A DNA stretch of 32,000 bases from Erysipelothrix larvae (GTDB taxonomy: Bacteria; Bacillota_I; Bacilli_A; Erysipelotrichales; Erysipelotrichaceae). The position numbers and the translations under genes are program-made. The stretch is taken from assembly GCF_001545095.1 (NCBI RefSeq), contig NZ_CP013213.1, positions 2,160,001 to 2,192,000 of the forward strand, in the 5' to 3' direction. The notes under the pieces were generated by a model that did no database searches, was not told the DNA's origin, and was given only the letters and a program-made list of their open reading frames with translations. Shown here piece by piece: positions 26,039 through 32,000 of this stretch (its first letter is position 1; each line of letters opens with the position of its first letter).

Positions 26039-26374
26039 ATGGCACAATATGTATTCAAAACAACAGGAACTGTACAACAACTCGCAGAGTATATTGACTC
26101 TGTCGTTTTAGGAAAAAGTATTTCTGCCTCACTTGAGGAAGTCTATGAAAGCAGAGATGGGAAATTCGCGATGCGCTGTTATGAACGCTATTCTTACTTA
26201 GGTAAAAACCGTGTCAGTCTTACGGTATCTATTTATGATCATGATTCTTATATTGAATGCGTTGCGATGTCATCAGGCGGCAGTCAAGCTGTCTTCTTGA
26301 AGATCAATACCTTTGGTGAATCCAGTTTCTTAAACTCACTCACTTCTGCACTCAATGCTTATAAACCACTTTAA
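26039..26374 (+). CDS. Small conserved hypothetical protein (resembles DUF6054-type proteins, from memory)
   Basis: The ATG at 26039 has AGGAAAGGA 9 nt upstream. The motifs ERYSYLGKNRVSLTVS and SGGSQAVFLKINTFGE are present. A terminator follows. Confidence 0.6.
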   Translation: MAQYVFKTTGTVQQLAEYIDSVVLGKSISASLEEVYESRDGKFAMRCYERYSYLGKNRVSLTVSIYDHDSYIECVAMSSGGSQAVFLKINTFGESSFLNSLTSALNAYKPL

Positions 26375-26400
26375 AGATCACGTACATCGTGATTTTTTTA
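26375..26400 (+). terminator. Rho-independent terminator
   Basis: The stem atcacg/cgtgat is followed by a T7 run. Confidence 0.65.
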
Positions 26401-26504
26401 TACCCCAAACTGTGGTACTGATTCTTTTTCTATGAGAAAGGACGTTGAAACGCATTGGTTATGATGTACGTTAGTTTATCATAAACCGTTTTGTGTTTAT
26501 TGCT

Positions 26505-26536
26505 TAAAAAAGTCACACTGTTAAAAGTGTGACTTT
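26505..26536 (-). terminator. Terminator of the aldo/keto reductase gene
   Basis: On the minus strand, agtcacact tttaac agtgtgact is followed by TTTTTT. Confidence 0.65.
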
Positions 26537-26540
26537 GTGA

Positions 26541-27380
26541 TTAGAATCCAGCAGTATCTGGATTTGTTTGATCTCCGACTACACCATCTAGTGCATCGAT
26601 TTTCGCCATATCTTCATCTGATAATTCAAAATCAAAGACATGGAAGTTTTCTTCAATTCTACTTGGTGTTACCGATTTTGGTAGTGGAATGAAATCATGT
26701 TGCAATGACCAACGAATTGCGACTTGTGCCACAGATTTATTGTACTTCGCTGCAATCTCATTCATCAGTTCAACTTCAAAGATTTTACCCGTACCCAATG
26801 GGCTGTATGCTTCAATCGCAATATCATGTTTACGACATAATGCAACAAGTTCTTCTTGAAGACACCCCGGTGCTAAGAAGATTTGGTTAACTGTTGGTTT
26901 AATTTTTGCACTCGCAAGTAATGCTTCAAGGTGATGTGGCATAAAGTTAGAAATACCAATTGCTCGGATTTTCTTTGCTTCAACCATTGCTTCCAAAGCA
27001 CGCCATGCTTCTGCATTCATTTCTGCCCAATTTTCACGGAACTTAATAGGATTTGGCCAGTGAATTAAAAACAAATCAATATAATCTGTCTTAAGGTTTT
27101 CCAATGATGCTTCAACTGCTTCAGTCACTTCATCAAAACCACGAACTTGATTTGTAAGTTTGGTTGTGATAAACAACTCATTACGAGGAATACCACTCTC
27201 TACAAGTGCTTCTCCAACAGATGCTTCGTTACGATACATTTGTGCTGTATCAATGTGACGATATCCTGCTTCTAATGCATGTTTCACAGCATTTACTGCG
27301 ACTTCCCCACTTGGTGTTTGCCATGTTCCAAACCCGAGTTGTGGAATCACGACACCATTTGATAATTTAATGTCTTTCAT
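26541..27380 (-). CDS. Aldo/keto reductase (DkgA/YtbE/YvgN-like)
   Basis: MKDIKLSNGVVIPQLGFGTWQ...GYRHIDTAQMYRNE...LFLIHWP...IGISNF...PKSVTPSRIEENF matches the family. The ATG at 27380 follows AGGAGGA. The longer track ORF start has no RBS. Confidence 0.9.
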   Translation of the reverse strand: MKDIKLSNGVVIPQLGFGTWQTPSGEVAVNAVKHALEAGYRHIDTAQMYRNEASVGEALVESGIPRNELFITTKLTNQVRGFDEVTEAVEASLENLKTDYIDLFLIHWPNPIKFRENWAEMNAEAWRALEAMVEAKKIRAIGISNFMPHHLEALLASAKIKPTVNQIFLAPGCLQEELVALCRKHDIAIEAYSPLGTGKIFEVELMNEIAAKYNKSVAQVAIRWSLQHDFIPLPKSVTPSRIEENFHVFDFELSDEDMAKIDALDGVVGDQTNPDTAGF

Positions 27381-27441
27381 CAAAAATCCTCCTATACCTA
27401 GTTTACCATACAAGTCCACTTTTTGACCATTAATATCATCA

Positions 27442-27470
27442 TTGACACCACACTTATTCTTACTTACAAT
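27442..27470 (+). promoter_or_regulatory. Candidate sigma-A promoter of glpK
   Basis: TTGACA, a 17-nt spacer and TACAAT are present. The implied 5' UTR is very short. Confidence 0.45.
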
Positions 27471-27485
27471 AAACATGGTGATACT

Positions 27486-28970
27486 ATGAAAAAATACATA
27501 CTCGCACTAGATCAAGGAACAACAAGTTCTCGTGCAATTCTCTTTGATAAAGATCATAACATTGTGGAAACTGCACAATCATTATTTACACAAATCTACC
27601 CAAAACAAGGATGGGTTGAACATGATCCAATGGAAATCTGGGCAACTCAAAGTGGGGTCATGCATGAAGTGATTGCGAAATCTGGCATTGATCCTTCAGA
27701 AATTGACAGCATCGGGATTACAAACCAACGTGAAACGACACTTGTTTGGGATAAACACACTGGAAGACCAATCTACAATGCCATTGTATGGCAATGCCGT
27801 CGTACAGCAGATCTTGCAAATGAGATAAAGGAATCTCCGCTTGCCGATTATATCTATGAAAACACAGGACTCATCGTGGATGCATATTTTTCTGCTACCA
27901 AGGTAAAGTGGATTTTAGATAATGTGCCTGGTGCAAGGGAAAAGGCTGAAAACGGTGATTTGCTTTTTGGCACTGTTGATTCTTGGCTGGTTTATAAACT
28001 AACCGATGGTAAGGTGCATATTACCGATGTGACCAATGCTTCTCGAACGATGCTCTACAATATCAAAACATTACAATGGGATCAAAAAATTCTAGATACC
28101 TTAGGCATTCCTGAATCCATGCTCCCACAAGTGCTTGACAGCAGTCATGTCTATGGACACGCCAACATCCGTGGCGAACAAATTCCAATTGCAAGTGTTG
28201 TTGGGGATCAACAAGCATCCTTGTTTGGACAAACCTGTTTCAATCAAGGTGATGTGAAAAACACCTACGGTACTGGATGTTTTGTCTTAATGAATACTAA
28301 AGAAAAGCTTGTCCATTCTAAACACGGCCTCATCTCTACAATCGCAGTCGGACTGAATGGTCGTGTAGAATACGCACTTGAAGGGTCGGTATTTGTTGCA
28401 GGAGCATTAATTCAATGGCTTCGTGATGAACTCAACATCATTGATTCGTCCATGGACTCCGAATACTTTGCATCAAAAGTTCCTGATAATGGCGGTGTTT
28501 ACATTGTTCCTGCCTTTACTGGACTTGGCGCACCGTATTGGGATATGGATGCACGCGGTGCAATCTTTGGCTTAACACGTGGTGCCAATAAGAATCACTT
28601 GATTCGTGCTGCCCTTGAAGCCATTGCGTATCAAACAAATGATATCTTAAATGCCATGAAAGAAGACTCAACCATGCCACTTCATACGCTTTATGTTGAT
28701 GGTGGTGCTAGTGCCAATGACTTCCTCATGCAATTTCAATGTGATATCTTAAACCTTGAAGTTCATCGACCAAAGATTAAAGAAACCACAGCTCTTGGCG
28801 CATGCATGCTTGCAGGTCTTGCGACTGGATTTTATCCTTCTAAAGAATCCCTTCTTGATGAACATCGATTTGAGAAATCATTCAGCCCAAACATGGATAA
28901 TATATCCCGGGAAATACTCTTAAATGGATGGGAAAAAGCAGTGGGAAGAAGCCTTGATTGGGAAGATTAA
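27486..28970 (+). CDS. glpK: Glycerol kinase
   Basis: [20 protein letters not shown]...[14 protein letters not shown]...[10 protein letters not shown]...[10 protein letters not shown]...GTGCF...[14 protein letters not shown] matches the FGGY kinase / GlpK signatures. Confidence 0.92.
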   Translation: MKKYILALDQGTTSSRAILFDKDHNIVETAQSLFTQIYPKQGWVEHDPMEIWATQSGVMHEVIAKSGIDPSEIDSIGITNQRETTLVWDKHTGRPIYNAIVWQCRRTADLANEIKESPLADYIYENTGLIVDAYFSATKVKWILDNVPGAREKAENGDLLFGTVDSWLVYKLTDGKVHITDVTNASRTMLYNIKTLQWDQKILDTLGIPESMLPQVLDSSHVYGHANIRGEQIPIASVVGDQQASLFGQTCFNQGDVKNTYGTGCFVLMNTKEKLVHSKHGLISTIAVGLNGRVEYALEGSVFVAGALIQWLRDELNIIDSSMDSEYFASKVPDNGGVYIVPAFTGLGAPYWDMDARGAIFGLTRGANKNHLIRAALEAIAYQTNDILNAMKEDSTMPLHTLYVDGGASANDFLMQFQCDILNLEVHRPKIKETTALGACMLAGLATGFYPSKESLLDEHRFEKSFSPNMDNISREILLNGWEKAVGRSLDWED

Positions 28971-29008
28971 CACATACCACACGCTCCTGCACTAAGCTTA
29001 CAAACAAT

Positions 29009-29037
29009 CAAACCCTCGGTATTTCTGAGGGTTTTTA
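29009..29037 (+). terminator. Terminator of glpK
   Basis: The stem aaaccctc/gagggttt is followed by a T-run. Confidence 0.65.
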
Positions 29038-29045
29038 AATACAAG

Positions 29046-29076
29046 AAAAGACAGTTCGAAATAAACTGTCCTTTTG
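29046..29076 (-). terminator. Terminator of tex
   Basis: On the minus strand, an imperfect stem aaaaggacagtt...aactgtctttt is followed by a T-rich tail. Confidence 0.5.
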
Positions 29077-29079
29077 TTA

Positions 29080-31251
29080 TTATTGTTTGCCTTCAATCAT
29101 CGATAGTTGAATGCGCTGTTTTCTTTGGTCTACATCTAGAACCCATACCTTAACGATATCGCCCACTGATACAACATCTGTTGGATGTTTAACAAATTGG
29201 TTGCTGAGCTTAGAGATGTGAACAAGGCCATCTTGTTTCACGCCAATGTCTACAAAGGCTCCAAAATCCACAACATTACGCACAGTTCCACTGAGTTCCA
29301 TGCCTGGTTTTAGATCTTCCATCGATAAGACGTCTTGTCTTAAGATTGGCGCGTCTAGAGTATCACGATAATCCCGTGCTGGTTGTTTTAGGATATCGAT
29401 GATATCGATGAGCGTTTCTTTACCAATTTCAAGGGATGTTGCCATCTCATGAAGCTTGATGGTGTTGAGTGCTTCTGTTGCACTTTCTGATCCAAGATCT
29501 TCTAAGCTAACGTTGATGCGTTTGAGAAGGTTTAAGGTTACATCATAGCTTTCTGGGTGAATCCCTGTTTTGTCTAAGATGTTTTTTGATTCCATAACGC
29601 GTAAGAATCCAGCTGCTTGTTGGAAGGCTTTATCCCCTAAGCGAGGTACTTTTTTCAGTGTTGTACGGGTTTTAAAGACACCATTTTCATTACGATAATT
29701 TACGACGTTTTGAGCGAGTGTTTTATTTAAGCCCGATACATGTGATAAAAGTTCAGGACTGGCTGTGTTCAGGTTTACACCGACTTGGTTTACTGCAGTT
29801 TCCACAACAAACCCTAATCTAGATTCTAATTCTTTTTGTCCAACATCGTGTTGATATTGACCGACTCCTACAGACTTAGGATCAATCTTCACAAGTTCTG
29901 CGAGTGGGTCTTGAACACGTCGTGCAATACTTACTGCAGAGCGTTGTTCTACTTCAAAGTCTGGGAATTCTTTACGGGCAACTTCTGATGCTGAGTAAAC
30001 AGATGCCCCTGCTTCATTCACAATGACATAGTATACAGTTTCTTTAACTGTTTTGAGTATTTCAGATACAAAGAGTTCTGATTCACGACTTGCGGTACCA
30101 TTTCCAATTGCAACAAGGTCTACATTGTAATGTTCAATGAGTTTCTTGAAGTGTGATTTGGCTTCTTCTTGTTTGTGTTTTGGAGCTGGAGGGTGTGGGT
30201 AAATGACATCAATACCCAATACCTTTCCTGTTGCATCTACAATCGCAAGCTTGCATCCGGTACGGTATGCAGGGTCAAATCCTAATACTGTTTTCCCTTT
30301 AAGTGGGGGTTGAAGTAATAGGTTTCTTAGGTTTTCACCAAAGATATTAATCGCTTGTTCGTGCGCTTTTTCAGTCAGTTCTTTACGAAGCTCACGCTCA
30401 ATTGCTGGTTTAATAAATCGTTTGTATGCATCTTCATAAGCATTCACTACCATTTCCATAACAAAAGATTGGAAGTTGGTTCCGATAATTCGTTTGCCAA
30501 GATACACATAGATTTGATTGGGATCAATCTCGATGGATACATTGAGGATTTTTTGTTGTTCCCCACGATTGATTGCTAGCACTCGATGGGGTGCGACTGA
30601 CTTAACCGGTTGGTTAAATTCGTAGTACATCTCATAAATGCCTTTATCATCCAACGCTTTGTCCTTGACACTTGATACAAGAACACCATTTTTAAATGTT
30701 TCTGCACGTACCCATGTACGAATTGCGGCATCATCTGAGATTGTTTCCGCAATGATTTCATGCGCACCTTGTAGTGCTTCTTCGATAGTTGTGACGCCTT
30801 TTTCATCATCTAGATAAGCAGTAGCGAGAGTATCAAGTGTTCCTTCTTTAGGGAAGCTTAAAATTGCTTGTGCCAGCGGTTCAAGTCCTTGTTCCTTCGC
30901 AATTGTAGCCTTAGTACGGCGTTTAGGACGGTATGGACGATAGATATCTTCCAACTCACGCAAGGTTGTTGCTTTTGAAATGTCATCAACAAGCGCTTGT
31001 GTTAGCATCCCTTGTTGTTCAATTAGACGTGTCACCTCTTCTTTTCGATTCATCACTGATTCAATGGTTGAATAGCGATCAAAGATATCTTTGATCATGA
31101 CTTCATCCATACTTCCCGTCATTTCTTTACGGTAGCGTGCAATAAACGGAATGGTATTGTCCTCAAACAATAAGCTCAAGGTTTGTTCAATATGGTTTCG
31201 TTTTAACGCTGGGTATTCACTGGCTAATTGACTTACTATATCATTGTTCAT
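29080..31251 (-). CDS. tex: Tex-like transcription accessory protein (YqgF/HhH/S1 domains)
   Basis: The 723-aa protein begins ...IPFIARYRKEMTG... (the Tex N-terminus). YqgF-like and HhH regions follow. The C-terminal S1 domain reads GMELSGTVRNVVDFGAFVDIGVKQDGLVHIS. Confidence 0.9.
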   Translation of the reverse strand: MNNDIVSQLASEYPALKRNHIEQTLSLLFEDNTIPFIARYRKEMTGSMDEVMIKDIFDRYSTIESVMNRKEEVTRLIEQQGMLTQALVDDISKATTLRELEDIYRPYRPKRRTKATIAKEQGLEPLAQAILSFPKEGTLDTLATAYLDDEKGVTTIEEALQGAHEIIAETISDDAAIRTWVRAETFKNGVLVSSVKDKALDDKGIYEMYYEFNQPVKSVAPHRVLAINRGEQQKILNVSIEIDPNQIYVYLGKRIIGTNFQSFVMEMVVNAYEDAYKRFIKPAIERELRKELTEKAHEQAINIFGENLRNLLLQPPLKGKTVLGFDPAYRTGCKLAIVDATGKVLGIDVIYPHPPAPKHKQEEAKSHFKKLIEHYNVDLVAIGNGTASRESELFVSEILKTVKETVYYVIVNEAGASVYSASEVARKEFPDFEVEQRSAVSIARRVQDPLAELVKIDPKSVGVGQYQHDVGQKELESRLGFVVETAVNQVGVNLNTASPELLSHVSGLNKTLAQNVVNYRNENGVFKTRTTLKKVPRLGDKAFQQAAGFLRVMESKNILDKTGIHPESYDVTLNLLKRINVSLEDLGSESATEALNTIKLHEMATSLEIGKETLIDIIDILKQPARDYRDTLDAPILRQDVLSMEDLKPGMELSGTVRNVVDFGAFVDIGVKQDGLVHISKLSNQFVKHPTDVVSVGDIVKVWVLDVDQRKQRIQLSMIEGKQ

Positions 31252-31259
31252 AAAATCCT

Positions 31260-32000
31260 CTATCCTTTAATTCCAAATATTGATCCATCATCTTCGAGTC
31301 CAATATAACGTGCATGTGGATCTTTTGGTAATCCAGGCATTGTCATAATCGTTCCACTTAAAGCGACAATAAATCCTGCTCCTTCTGACACTCTGAATTC
31401 CTTAATCGTAATATCAAAGTCTGTCGGGGCACAGAGTGCTTTCGCATCATCTGTGAATGAGTATTGCGTTTTCGCAACACAAACCTGTAAGGTTCCATAA
31501 TTCTTTTGAATTGATTCAAGTTGTTTTGAAGCACGCTCACTCAGTACAACATTGCGTCCACCATAGATTGTTTGCACAATCTTTGTGAGTTTATCAAGAA
31601 TTGAATCATCATCATGATAGGTTCTCACAATGGTTGAATCTTTTGCACAGTATTCTACGACTTTGCGTCCCAGTTCTAATGCACCTTCGCCCCCTTTGGA
31701 AAACACTTCACTGACCACCAGTTCAATGCCATGTTGTGCAAGGTGTGTCGTTAAGGCTTCGATTTCTTGGTCGGTATCCGTTGGGAATCGATTGAGTGCA
31801 ACAAGCACTGGCATTCCAAAACTTGATAACCCGTCAATGTGACGTTTTAGATTTGGAAAACCTGCAATCATCGCTTCAATGTTCTCTTCGTTAAGCTCAC
31901 GTACTTTAATTCCACCTTGATACTTCAACGAGCGAATGGTTGCGACTAAGACTGCTAATTTCGGTGTAAGTCCTGCTTGGCGTGTCTTAATGTTCATGAA
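31260..32000 (-). CDS. fhs: Formate-tetrahydrofolate ligase (C-terminal part; the 5' end lies outside the window)
   Basis: LAVLVATIRSLKYQGG..., PVLVALNRFPTDTDQEIE..., VCVAKTQYSFTDD... and FIVALSGTIMTMPGLPK are typical Fhs C-terminal motifs. The reading frame is open to the window edge. Confidence 0.9.
   Translation of the reverse strand, partial: FMNIKTRQAGLTPKLAVLVATIRSLKYQGGIKVRELNEENIEAMIAGFPNLKRHIDGLSSFGMPVLVALNRFPTDTDQEIEALTTHLAQHGIELVVSEVFSKGGEGALELGRKVVEYCAKDSTIVRTYHDDDSILDKLTKIVQTIYGGRNVVLSERASKQLESIQKNYGTLQVCVAKTQYSFTDDAKALCAPTDFDITIKEFRVSEGAGFIVALSGTIMTMPGLPKDPHARYIGLEDDGSIFGIKG

Overview
This looks like a chromosomal segment from a low-GC Gram-positive bacterium (Bacillota). The evidence is two LPXTG sortase substrates, a T-box leader, a PTS/PRD-regulated operon, AGGAGG-type ribosome-binding sites (RBS) and hairpin plus T-run terminators. 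I cannot assign a species from sequence alone.

Housekeeping and metabolic genes fill most of the window:
- a partial GH4 6-phospho-beta-glucosidase, a beta-propeller lactonase and endonuclease IV
- a coaB-coaC-coaX operon
- a six-gene cellobiose/beta-glucoside operon: PRD regulator, Cys-based phosphatase, EIIC, EIIB, EIIA and a GH1 phospho-beta-glucosidase
- asnA, a MazG-like protein, two GNAT acetyltransferases and a Trp T-box upstream of a TrpP-type transporter
- an aldo/keto reductase, glpK, tex and a partial fhs

The most unusual part is the accessory-looking stretch just downstream of a stand-alone tRNA-Leu(UAG), about 6.3-13.9 kb. It holds:
- a membrane-anchored coiled-coil protein ending in a DUF4041 plus T5orf172 (GIY-YIG-like) module, which I rate as a candidate single-gene conflict or anti-phage factor with no established function
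- two tandem paralogous LPXTG surface proteins; one carries about 25 near-identical 63-nt repeats encoding a polyanionic stalk
- an orphan 148-aa protein

Other points worth a second look:
- a LytTR-only regulator translationally coupled to a LiaF-like membrane protein
- a CX5R phosphatase translationally coupled to the PRD regulator
- an upstream mini-ORF whose stop overlaps the GH1 start codon
- a 400-nt gene-free gap with its own promoter-like site and terminator
- a 484-aa polytopic membrane protein of unknown function

All calls come from reading the ORF translations and the nucleotide sequence by eye. No database search was run, so family assignments rest on motif recognition and memory.
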